Assembly (NCBI RefSeq): GCF_001194135.2
Contig: NC_068996.1
Span: 55,171,222 to 55,235,221 of the forward strand
Length of the DNA stretch: 64,000 bases
Source: Octopus bimaculoides
Taxonomy: Eukaryota
Direction: 5' to 3'
Part shown: positions 50,501 through 62,039 of the stretch, one piece after another
Layout of the letters: every line of letters starts with the position of its first letter
Numbering within the stretch: position 1 is the first letter of the stretch
The notes under the pieces: generated by a model
Databases searched by the model: none
Told to the model about the DNA's origin: nothing
The model's input: only the letters and a program-made list of their open reading frames with translations
Translations under genes and position numbers: made by a program

Positions 50501-50689
50501 GGCGAGTGTCGTATATTGAGCTCTTAATCAATATACAACAAATGTACATTGGTTTAAATAATTATATAAAGTAAGAGTTGTTTCCCTTGAGAAGCATGAG
50601 GTCGGGCATAATAATGGTTGTAATACAAACAAATTCCCTGATATCAATACGGATATTAACATGGATATCAATACGTCGCTAATATAGAT

Positions 50690-52210
50690 TTCTTTATTAG
50701 CCACGGAGGGCTGAACACAGAGGGGACAATACAATGTAGAATTTTTCTTTTCGAAAACGATCAAAAGGGATCGAAAATGTTTTGGAATGTGTACAAGGAA
50801 AAAGCAAAAGTGTCGTTTTTAACAATTAGAGTTCCCAAAAGGGGGAATAAATATAACATTGACTAAGTTTATACGTGGAAAGAAAAACCTACGAAAAAGA
50901 AGCACGGTAACCTCGGAAACGAAAAACAAACACAAAATACAAAACAAAACAAAAAAAACACAACATGAAAGCAAAGCGCTCTTTCCCTCTTTGTTTTATA
51001 GGATCGTGCTCAAGGCGTACCATCCTTGCCACATTCACCCACCTTTTGTTAAATTTTTCATCAGACAAAACTTTCCTCTCTATTCTCACCTTCCTTTTCA
51101 AGTAATACTTGAAAAAGTTGATGAGAGGTTGGCCAAAGAGAAAAGTATTTGTCTCTAAGCCTTTCAAACGAGTCCACCATACATATTCTTTCACCATAGC
51201 CACCAGTACAGTGAAAACTGCTTTGCCTTCCCAGTTAAAGGAAGGTGGCGGGACAATATAGATTCTGCTGACAACCGAATTCGTCCCACACGTGACAGCA
51301 ACCGTTCGACATAGGCCCACAAGTCTGAAATGTTTGGACATTGTACGAGTGTGCACAGAACGGTGTTTCTTGAGCCGTGTCTGTAGAGCTTATCTCGAAC
51401 GGGCAATGCTTCCCGATAGCACTGCCAAGCCAGGGATCTCTGGAAATTGTTTGTAGGTCCTGGTCGGGTTAGGTATTCCCCGTTTATGCCCAGGATCTCA
51501 CCAAGAACGTTGTCGCATCTCTCCTCCACTAATCCCCTATAAAACGCCTTTGTGGAATTAAAATTTGATCCCAGACAGCAAAGCTGCTAGAGAGCATGGT
51601 AACACTCGCGGTGCCATTCGTCCAGCCTCAGTCTCTGCTTGATCCATGATTGCAGTTGGGTCAGTGAGACGAGCGGCAGGAAGGCACGTCTCACAAACGG
51701 AGACCACACCTGTTCATCGTCGTCTATGAAAGGTTGGAGATGTCGCAGTCTCAGAGCATGTTTGCGCATCATCAATCACGGAATTTAGCGGGTGTTGACA
51801 GCAAATGGATCGCATGACCATCAGAACGCTTCCCTTCCACAAAAAGTAGAAGAGTATGCGTTCCAGTTTCGTGATGGTAGGGTTGGAACAAGACACGACG
51901 GTCAGGCGGTAGTAGATGACGGATGCAATGTACACATACGCCACCTCAGCCTGACCTTTTAGAGATAGCTTCTTCTCGGCCCATTGCTGGGTGAGAGTGG
52001 CTACCCTACTTGTTATCTCGTCCCAGTTCTACTCCATTTGGAGGTCTGGACCGAACCAGACCTCGAGCGATTTAACCGGTCCGTCGGTCTAGTGTCCTAC
52101 GGTGGAGACGCTATTGGACGGCATGGGCTTCCTTCTGCAAGTACCGAGTCGCAAGCACACTGACTTTCTCGGGTTAATTTTCGCTCCCGTTACCGCTTCG
52201 TATACGAAGA
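50690..52210 (-). mobile_element. Tx1/L1-clade LINE, 5'-truncated and disrupted
   Basis: Minus-strand translation YEAVTGAKINPRKS...VWFGPDL...NW...LSLKGQAEVAYVYIASVIYYRL...FLWKG, then a decayed zinc-finger region (LVQCPNISDLWAYVERLL) and AATAAA at 50693-50698. Confidence 0.85.
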
Positions 52211-53676
52211 TGGGGTATGGAGGAAAGGCAGTGAAAATTACACCTAAAATGAGGAAAGACGAGGGGATTTCTCGTAGCCTTGTGGATAATCACGAACTTT
52301 AAAAACAAACTATCGAATATTGCCATTCCTATAATATTTTTCCAGCAGGGATAAACTGGAAAGAAAGCTCGATTTACCATATGTTCACCAGAAATAATGG
52401 TTAGCCACCTTTAAGAAGTAAACAAAAGTTTACACAGAAAAACATTGTTATATGACGCGAGCGCAAGAGTGACAGAATTAGAGTAATTTTATCTAAGCGG
52501 AAACTGTTAGGAAAAGACTTGCATACCAGACATCCAGCGAACATATACGAAGAGTACACCTTTTCTCGATTGCATTTTCCAAACGGAATGACGTTTCAAA
52601 GAAAGCTATTGATCTTTTCCATTGCAATGATGTAAAAGGAAGTAAGAGTCGTTTCCCTTGACATGAAAAAAATCGTTGACAACAGGGATGAGATACAGTG
52701 ATTACGTCCCTTTTATTACTGGTGTACGAGTTATTTTCCTTTATTTCGGGGAATTTGTGGAGGCAGACACGAGAATTGACAAGAGACATCGGTTGTCTCC
52801 CCTTCACATCACAAGAGAAATTTATAACAGTTACTCCCTCGAAAGGAGTAAAACATCTTTCCTTCAGTTTGGAACGATAAATCTTGCAGTCGTATGACAA
52901 GAAAATAGAAAGGGAAAAAATATCGCTCGCTGTGAACAAATTACAGAATGGCAGCGTGAAGCAGTGATATGTATAAATACAAGTTTATTACCAGTTTCAA
53001 GATGCTTGAGGCATATTCGAACCTGCGACAATGCTACTCAGTTTTGTCATTGAGAAAATGGTTGCACTGTGATTTATTTACATGTATTTTCACCATGTCT
53101 ACAACAAGAAATTTTCTCCATGAAAAACACAGCGAATGGCTTTCATGTGGTTTCAAATATACCTCAAATATATTTGAACTGGTAATAACCATGTAAAAAA
53201 TCGATTGTTGCCTTTAGTTTACATTTCTCCTCCTCTAAGTAGCAATTAAGGATAGAGTTAGTTATTTGTCTGTAGTAGACGCAATAATTACTAAGAGATC
53301 TTCCTCTTTATGAAAGGAACAGATCTTGTAAGGGAGGACATGAGAAAATGAGAAGCAAGAAATAATCGTGTACAAGAGATGGAAAGGGAATTAGAGTCAG
53401 AGAGAACAACAGAAAGCAGGAGTAGAAGAGAGAAAGGGAAAGAGTACGTCTGTAAGGAGACTTCTACTTGCAGTCTTGTGGACAGTGTGGAACCTTAAAG
53501 AAAATTAACACTTAAATACCTATACTAATCCTGAGACGCAACAAGCAGACATACATACATGCATATGTTTTTAAGCAAACAAGATAGTTTATAATACAGT
53601 TCTATATTTAAGAGATGAGGAATTATTTACATTATTTACATTTGACGGATATTCGTCCTCATCTTGTTTGTTGTTA

Positions 53677-53720
53677 ACACAACGTTTCGGCTGATATACC
53701 CTCCAGCCTTCGTCAGGTGT
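53677..53720 (-). ncRNA. Minimal type I hammerhead ribozyme motif (left pLTR)
   Basis: Minus strand ACAC-CTGACGA-A-GGCTG-GAGGGTATAT-CAGCC-GAAAC-GTT-GTGT, identical to the right-arm copy. Confidence 0.75.
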
Positions 53721-53806
53721 CTTGGGGAAATTTCGAACCTGGGTTCTCATTCCTATCGATGTTACTATTATTATTATTATGTTATTATTAATATTATTAT
53801 TAATCA

Positions 53807-53880
53807 GGTTGCTGCCGTGAATCGAACTCGGAACCTTGGGGTTAGCAAGCCCGTGCTCTTAACCACTACGCCATATGCCC
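53807..53880 (-). pseudogene. tRNA-derived head with A and B boxes (left pLTR)
   Basis: Minus strand GGGCATA-TGGCGTAGTGG-TTAAGAGC...CCGAGTTCGATTCACGG. The acceptor stem cannot close, so it is not a functional tRNA. Confidence 0.7.
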
Positions 53881-54519
53881 ATGGGCAATTATGGAGTGAA
53901 TTTTAGGGCTTATAAATCTAATATTTTCCTATCCTTCCTTAATACCTGTTCCCATATGCTATTCATATCTGCACTCGGTCTGCTTAGGAGGTTGTTGTGT
54001 CCTAGCATATGTGCTGCTTCTTTTAGTTTTCGTATTTTCCAGTGTTGTTCCCTGTCTATTATTTTAACTTCATCCCACAGGGGGAGGTGATTTCCATTTT
54101 TCCATACATGATCAGCTATACCCGATTTATCGATATCTCCTCNNNNNNNNNNNNNNNNNNNNNNNNNNNNNNNNNNNNNNNNNNNNNNNNNNNNNNNNNN
54201 NNNNNNNNNNNNNNNNNNNNNNNNNNNNNNNNNNNNNNNNNNNNNNNNNNNNNNNNNNNNNNNNNNNNNNNNNNNNNNNNNNNNNNNNNNNNNNNNNNNN
54301 NNNNNNNNNNNNNNNNNNNNNNNNNNNNNNNNNNNNNNNNNNNNNNNNNNNNNNNNNNNNNNNNNNNNNNNNNNNNNNNNNNNNNNNNNNNNNNNNNNNN
54401 NNNNNNNNNNNNNNNNNNNNNNNNNNNNNNNNNNNNNNNNNNNNNNNNNNNNNNNNNNNNNNNNNNNNNNNNNNNNNNNNNNNNNNNNNNNNNNNNNNNN
54501 NNNNNNNNNNNNNNNNNNN

Positions 54520-54905
54520 GCAAATATCTCCTTCGGGTAAAACCACCAACAGAAGAGAATATGACCAAAAACTGCGTGTACTCCATCCCATGCAGCTGTG
54601 GTAGGTTATACAAAGGCGAAACATGTCGCCCCCTCAAAATAAGGGTAGAAGAACATTCCAAAGCTGTGACACGAGGAGATATCGATAAATCGGGTATAGC
54701 TGATCATGTATGGAAAAATGGAAATCACCTCCCCCTGTGGGATGAAGTTAAAATAATAGACAGGGAACAACACTGGAAAATACGAAAACTAAAAGAAGCA
54801 GCACATATGCTAGGACACAACAACCTCCTAAGCAGACCGAGTGCAGATATGAATAGCATATGGGAACCGGTATTGAGGAAGGATGGAAAAATAATAGATT
54901 TATAA
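54520..54905 (+). CDS. GIY-YIG endonuclease domain, C-terminus of a Penelope-like ORF (5' part lost in gap)
   Basis: NCVYSIPCSCGRLYKGETCRPLKIRVEEH...SGIADHVWK...KIIDRE...RKLKEAAH. The VY...Y-GET...R-EH motif with intervening cysteines is typical of PLE endonucleases. No stop in the visible part before TAA at 54903-54905. Confidence 0.88.
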
Positions 54906-54935
54906 GCCTTAAAAATTCACCCCATAATTGCCCAT

Positions 54936-55008
54936 GAGCATATGGCGTAGTGGTTAAGAGCGCGGGCTACTAACCCCAAGATTCCGAGTTCGATTCACGG
55001 CAGCGACC
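54936..55008 (+). pseudogene. tRNA-derived head with A and B boxes (right pLTR)
   Basis: A box TGGCGTAGTGG (54943-54953) matches TRGCNNARYGG, B box GTTCGATTC (54988-54996) matches GTTCRANNC, and there is an anticodon-like arm GGG-CTACTAA-CCC. Confidence 0.7.
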
Positions 55009-55097
55009 TGATTAATAATAATAGTAATAATATTAATAATAACATAATAATAGTAACATCGATAGGAATGAGAACTCAGGTTCGAAATTTCCCCAAG

Positions 55098-55141
55098 ACA
55101 CCTGACGAAGGCTGGAGGGTATATCAGCCGAAACGTTGTGT
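55098..55141 (+). ncRNA. Minimal type I hammerhead ribozyme motif (right pLTR)
   Basis: Stem I ACAC/GTGT, core CTGACGA, stem II GGCTG/CAGCC, GAAA, palindromic ACGT stem III, and cleavage triplet GTT. Confidence 0.75.
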
Positions 55142-55689
55142 TAACAACAAACAAGATGAGGACAAATATCCGTCAAATGTAAATAATGTAAGATAGTTTA
55201 TACACACACACTTATAAAACTCAAACATACACAATCTCCCTTTCTCACTTTTGCCCTTTACTATGACAATAAGACTAAAATTCTAACTGGATCGACAGAC
55301 CTGAAGCAGACGTTGAGGGAGGAGAGCATGTCACTGATGAGGTTGTGAAAGGCAACAAAAGGACTTTGACAAACAACTGATCGACTGTCTGACAGAATAA
55401 TGAAGCAAGTAATCAATTAATCGGTTAAATAACTAACCAATTGACTAATAATGAAGAAGTGAAACTGAACCAATGCATGTGTTTATTAATTTTGTTACAA
55501 CACATGAGTTCACACCAATAATTTTGCAAAGTAAATACAAAAATGATATATATTAAATCCCCACTCATCATCATCATCGTCATTATATGCCAGCTTTCTA
55601 GGCCAGCATGAGTTGGACAGGTAACCATGGTCACAGTCATTTATTATTGGGGGCTATTAATCAAAATCGTAATTGAACCATATTTGATG

Positions 55690-56134
55690 ACCGGCACCTG
55701 TGCCAGTGGAGCACTAACAGTACTGTCCAAGCGTGATCATTGCCAGAGCAGCTGACTGGCTTCCGTGTTAGTGGCACGTAAATAGCACCATTTGAGCGTG
55801 ATCGTTACCAGCGTCGCCTACTGGCACGTTAGAAAATCATTCAAGCGAGGTCATTGCCAGTGCCCCTGGACTGGCTCCTGTGCAGGTGGTACGTAAAAAA
55901 CACCATGTTGAGCGTGGCCATTGCCAGTACTGCATGACTGTCCCTCATGCCGGTGGCACATAAAAGCACCCACTACACTCTCGGAGTGGTTGGCATTAGG
56001 AAGGGCATCCAGCTGTAGAAACTCTGCCAAATCAGATTGGAGCCTGGTGTAGCCATCTGGTTTCACCAGTCCTCAGTCAAATCGTCCAACCCATGCTAGC
56101 ATGGAAAGCGGACGTTAAATGATGATGATGATGA
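55690..56134 (+). mobile_element. RTE LINE 3' UTR with (GAT)n tail
   Basis: Internally repeated TGGCACGTAAA...CACC units, then GTTGGCATTAGGAAGGGCATCC...GGACGTTAAAT(GAT)n. Confidence 0.88.
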
Positions 56135-56850
56135 TCATTGCTCCCATAGATTGTTCTTGTGAATGTCATTTGGCTTTGTTTTGATGGTTGGATGCCCCTC
56201 TTTTTAGAAACCACTTTACAGAATGTACTGAATGAATTTTCTTTATGGCACCAACACTTAAAGGGATTGAATAGTTTGTTATTGGCAATACAGCATTAAA
56301 GAGATCTCACAAAGAGATTTACCTGCTCATTTGTCACTCACATAATGGGTAGATTTTTCTGACACCAGTACTAGGGAGGTAACCTCACTCACCATTCACC
56401 TGTTGAGGGAGTGTGGCAGGTTTTGTTATAGCAGAGGAAGTAGGGTGCTTTGTCCATGATAGATGTGTAGATTGCAGAGGGGAATAGGACAGTGAATAAT
56501 GGAAGCAGAAAAACTATAAATGAGTGTGTGAGATGTATGTGTAGGGAGAGTGTAATTAGAGACAGTACTCAATAAGCTAGGGTGTGTATATTTGCTCAGG
56601 TGGCTGAAAGGGAGAGAGAGAAAGAGAGAGAGAACCATCTGACAATAGCAGAGGTGGATAAAGGAAAAGGTGGATGATGAGACTGAGAAAGAGTTGGTGA
56701 TGTGTACCATGCATCACTGTACTGTATCCATGACCATGTCCACCAATAATGAATATAGAATTGGTGAGAGTGGGAGTGATGTGCCTGTAGAGGTGGGAGC
56801 ATAGTGTTGTTGACTTCATACCAAAGTGTTTTCTATTGATGTGGTCTTGG

Positions 56851-56882
<32 letters not shown>

Positions 56883-57759
56883 GTAGCAGCACTATTCCTG
56901 AAGCAGGAGCAGTATATATTCACAAACATCTACACTTATATCACACCAATCCTTACATTTTCAATGTACAGCTTTAGCGTTCATGGATGACAAGGCGCAA
57001 GTCTGCTAAGAGAAAAACTAGGTATAAGAGACAATCATGTGTAGTGTAGTAGAGTCACTGGCATGGGTGTGTGTGTGTGTGTATGGATGATGAGAATTTG
57101 GGTGAAACCATGGCAAGAGATTCATGTGGAAGGAGCCAGAATGGAAGAGAAAACTGAAGAAAGCACAAGGAATGGTGAAGGTAAATCTGTAGAAGTTGAC
57201 CCTCACAAAAGAGATGAGAAAGGAATACCATAAGCAATGTAGTGGGGGTTGTGGGTGGGTGGAAGATGGTTTAGAGTGGATCCATCTGATCCATGAAAGC
57301 ATGGAAAAAGACAACATAAAAAAATCATGACAGCAACGATATAGATCAGTGGCTCTCAATGGGGTCTGTGTAAGATTTTGTAGTTAAAATTTATATATAA
57401 TAAATTGATTTTTATTCTACAATACAGGAAATATTTTGTCATTTTTTTAAATACAATTCCTAATAATATTTAATTATGAAAATATATTTGGATTTTTTAA
57501 ATATTGAATGGTTAGGAGGATCCATTTGAGTAAAACAGGAATTTAAGAGGTCCATAGGGGGAAAAAATGGTTGAGAATCACTGATGTGGACAATCATATC
57601 TTATACATAAACGTCTCCTAATCTTCATATTGTACAACAGCCATACCAACTATGCTTACTATAGGAGCATGACCTTTAAGCGGTCAGTCTTGCACTCCTC
57701 TAACAAATTTACACATTTAAACATACATACATTAATGACCTCAACAGAAACAGGAGATT

Positions 57760-57804
57760 AAAAAGAAACAAAACAAAAACAGTTAATATTTACAAAGTTT
57801 TATT
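57760..57804 (-). terminator. Candidate cleavage/polyadenylation signal of a minus-strand transcript
   Basis: On the minus strand, AATAAA (57804-57799) is followed after 18 nt by the GU/U-rich GTTTTTGTTTTGTTTCTTTTT. Confidence 0.55.
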
Positions 57805-59177
57805 GGTATAAAAAGTTTTTCCAAAAAACGAAACCAAAAAAAAAAAAAAAGTGTTGTTCTTTGAAAATGATGTGTAAATAAAGAGATGGTACTGAGAAGA
57901 AAATACCTTTGAAACGGTTTTACCTCAATCTCAATAATGTTCCTTATTTTGAACTCCAAGAAGTTTTTTTAAAATTTTTATTTCAATGCAAAATGTGTGT
58001 ATAAAATACACGTGTGTGTGTGTGCTATATATAATGTATACATACATACACACACTCAATTTCAATACTGAGAGAAGTTAGAAAAGAATCTATTTGTGAC
58101 AAATTTCAAGAAAGTCACCCTGAGGACTAAATTGAATGAGTCGTAAAATAATACTGTTTTGGAACCAGTTCAAAATTTGGTTCCTTATACACAAACTATG
58201 AACCAATTTCAATATTAACCCCTTCCTCATCCCCACCCACCAACTTTAAGCATACATTAACATATAGTATTACACACGGTTGAGTGTGTATACATATTAA
58301 CACTTCCTACTAAAGAAAAACAGTTTCACAGCAAAACTCTTCTAGTACAAGCAGCAGCCGATTGGACAGGCAGCTGTTCCACCAAATCAAAGTTAATACA
58401 TTGCATTATCAGTGTAGTGTTGCCTCATGGACCAAAACAGGCTCTGGCTATCTAACTGTAACAATCACTGTATTACCATCCTTCTCTTCATTAACTTAGA
58501 TTGGCAAACATTTATAAAAATTCCCTTCTAGATTATTGGAGAGTACTTTTTTTTTTAACAGAAAAATTCCAATTTTATTTTCTTGAATTTATTACATAAA
58601 AAAAAAAAATGAAATGTGTCATGGTATCTCGATAGATTCATAAACCATGGAATTACACCTGGAATCATTTGACTACCAAACAAAATGTCTTGTTATTCAT
58701 TTTGATTCTTTACAAACTGGATTCAAATCACACCAAGGCCAATAAAGAATGAGTCAAGTGCTGGGATCTATTTAATTAACTAACTTTCTGGCTTTATAAT
58801 CTATAAAAGAAATTATTTAACTAGATTGTTACCTGTAAAGACAACAGGTACCTTTGGAAGTATACCTTTGCTACCATGGGGTAATATCAAGAAACATGGC
58901 ATACATACAATAATTCTAACTTAATGTTTATCAAATTTCTGAGACCTTAAAAAGAAATGAAATAATGAATACTGCTTATCAAAATAAATTGCTCATTTGT
59001 TTGACTCTACCCATGACCAATCTGTCTATTACTCCCTCTCTACCTCCTACTACCAACCCAAGTATATGTACTCATCCTGCACCTCTCATGTTAACTATCT
59101 CCACCCCCTCTCTAAATGATTTAAAGTGACTGGAGATTTAAACCAACCTTTATATCAGCTGTCATTGCTGCTGCTGC

Positions 59178-59219
<42 letters not shown>

Positions 59220-59237
59220 CATCATCATCATCATCAA

Positions 59238-59520
59238 TGCAGCAAGCTGGCAGAACCATTAGCAAGTCAGGCAAAATGCTTACTGGGGCATTTTGTCTGT
59301 CTTTTCATTCTGAGTTTAAATNNNNNNNNNNNNNNNNNNNNNNNNNNNNNNNNNNNNNNNNNNNNNNNNNNNNNNNNNNNNNNNNNNNNNNNNNNNNNNN
59401 NNNNNNNNGGGGGTCAACTTTACCTTTTGTCCTTTCAGGGTTGATAAAATAAGTACCAGTTGACTACTGGGATTGATCTAATTGAGTTAACCCCCTACTC
59501 CCCAATTGCTGGACTTGTGC
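59238..59520 (+). mobile_element. Second SINE family copy spanning a gap, preceded by (TTA)n/(TCA)n
   Basis: GCAAGCTGGCAGAACCATTAGC...AAAATGCTT...CCTTTCAGGGTTGATAAAATAAGTACCAGT; related to 17222-17433. Confidence 0.65.
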
Positions 59521-60768
59521 CTATAGCAGAAAGGGTTATTAGTATTAAATTTATATCAAATTTCCTTTAAACTAAATTTACGGATACTGAATTATTTTTA
59601 TGGGTCTTTAAAAAAAATCTCCAATTGAATTACGCAACATTCCAAATTATATTTTTAAATATAGGTGGAAGAAGCAAAAGTAAATCTGCCATCGTCTTGA
59701 TAGCACTGAAATCAGGTTTCAATCTTTGCTGGTGTCTATTTTATTTCACATTGCATTCCCTCCTACCCTCTTTCCCTGCAAGTCTTTTGCTGCCGACATA
59801 AATAAAGTATCAATATCTTTACCATTTACAGTAAACTCTTAACCATATCCAGAAATAAATCTAATATATTAATACAGTTTAAAAATTCTTGTAAACACTG
59901 AGACCTTTTACTGTGAAAAGTATTATTGGGCAAAGACATGTGTGTACACACACAATATATGTGCAATACACACCCACATAATCAATAAAATATGTATAAG
60001 TAATCAATATGAAATTGTATGTAAATGTAATTATGTACTTCATCTAATGAACTCATTGCTTTTATAGTCTTCATAAATTAAATAATAATGAAATGTATGA
60101 ACAACCTGAATTTGAAAACTTAGAGAAAGTATGAATTATATGAAGATTAAGTTAATAATCAACTAATATTAAATATTGCACCCTTATCTTGCTAAGTTTA
60201 TGAGATATAAAAAGGACACTGAAGTACCCAGGTATAACAACTTATATCATTATTTTCCCACAGAAAAACCTTTTAGTGTATTATACAATAAGTTGTCATG
60301 GAAATTTATATTGACCAATCCAAAAAAATTACATTTAAATAAAATGGTTTGACAATTTTTGGTACGAAATTTTATGTGTGTGTGTAATTTTTCCTTCACT
60401 TTTCCCATGTTAGCACAGGGTAGATCAATGCACCATCACATTCATACTCCAGTTTTATGACCTTTTCCTTGCTAATATGGTTTAAATTAACACACAATGT
60501 TCATTTACATGTATTTTTCCCCATGTTTATATATTTGGCGCCTTACATAATTTACTGTTAACATGTTATAAATGAATACTTAAAAATAATTGATTCCTCC
60601 TGTACAAACAGTTTAATCAAATCTGATATTTTCATGTTTTATTACTTTTTTTGCACATAACAAAATATTAGTTTCTTCGTATCAGCTGACTTATGAGACA
60701 TCAACGACATCTTACATGTGAAACAATTAACAACAAAAACATAGAAGTAAACTGAAATGTAAAACAGA

Positions 60769-60852
60769 GGTACCAACCAATATAATTTTGGTACCAACCA
60801 ATATAATTTTGGTACCAACCAATATAATTTTGGTACCAACCAATATAATTTT
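60769..60852. repeat. Four perfect tandem copies of a 21-bp unit
   Basis: (GGTACCAACCAATATAATTTT)x4. Confidence 0.97.
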
Positions 60853-61443
60853 TGATATTCTTATATTTCTCAGGACCAAAACTAGAATATTAATATTTCC
60901 CTAACATAAGACCAAATAAAACTTAAACAATGGTCTCAGATACAGGCTGCAACAATGTTAATTGTAACCATAGATTTTAATCCTTTTGATACTGAACTGT
61001 CTGAGACTAGCTCTTTAATACTAGTTCTTTCCTGCTTTAAAATTATCTAAATTAAAACCATCAAAATTTATCTTAATTTATGTTACAAACATCAGCTTAA
61101 TAATGATAATATTATTTTGCTAAATTTTTCATTATTTTCAAAATTAATTGAAACAGAGTCAGTAGATTTCAACAGAAATATGGTAGCAAAAGGTTTTGGA
61201 AAATAAAATTGGTGTTCTTTATTTAGAATTTTAATCCTTAATGATCAAGTTTTTCTTTTTCTTTTATTTTAAAAGTCCTTTTCTCTATTTATTTTAGTAA
61301 GTTTTAAAAATATATTTACAGGCTACAATTTAAAAACAAAGTATCTTATTTTCTAATTGTGAAAAAATAAAAAAAATTTTAACAGGAATCTGAACAAAAT
61401 GGATTTTGGAATTTTCCAAATGTGCTGAAATCTGCTTTGAATA

Positions 61444-61446
<3 letters not shown>

Positions 61447-61522
<76 letters not shown>
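61447..61522. repeat. (GT)n microsatellite
   Basis: Uninterrupted GT run of ~38 units. Confidence 0.95.
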
Positions 61523-61531
<9 letters not shown>

Positions 61532-62039
61532 ACAGTAGTAAGTACATTGTACTTGTAATGATGATGTTAAATGGTGACACAGAGTCTACAGTTTAAAAAG
61601 ATTAAGATCTAAATCTTAATGATGTGAAATTGATTTCCAATTAAACTGCTTACATGAATAATAAGCCATGAGAAAGAGATCAATAATTTTCGAGATGTCA
61701 TGCTGCTACAGAAAGATTCAACTTTATGGACAACAAAAACAACAAACACTGTGGACATAAATGGTAGGTGCCATTCCTCTTTAACACATGTTGTATAACA
61801 TTTGGGACAGGTCTTCAAAATTCTTGAAAAGACCATGTTTGGAATGATGAATGATACAAGGTGGAAGAAAAAACCAAAAAGACAGGAAAAGAGACCAACA
61901 GGTTGTAATGTGCAAGATCTGTGTATGGCAGCCAACAATGAAAGATATCAAGAAACCTACAAGAGATTCGCTAGAGACCTGAAGTTAAAAAGCCTAAAAT
62001 CCCAGAATCAACGAATGAATACTATTATTACATTACACA

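Larger units (their letters stand above)
53594..55190. mobile_element. Penelope-like element: inverted pair of 3' ends (pLTRs), flanked by a 13-bp TSD
   Basis: 53628-54142 is the near-exact reverse complement of ~54673-55190. The direct repeat AAGATAGTTTATA lies at 53581-53593 and 55190-55202. A GIY-YIG ORF lies in the right arm. Confidence 0.92.

Noticed and set aside
54936-55008. Functional tRNA-Ser(ACT) gene
   Set aside because: The acceptor stem does not pair, the T and anticodon stems have mismatches, and the second copy has a different 8-nt loop. It is treated as a tRNA-derived promoter head.
60642-60839. ORF with (VPKLYWL)n repeat as a terminal exon
   Set aside because: It results from the 21-bp tandem repeat, and there is no convincing acceptor or homology.
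60769-60852. CRISPR-like array
   Set aside because: The units are directly adjacent without spacers, and the context is eukaryotic with no cas genes.
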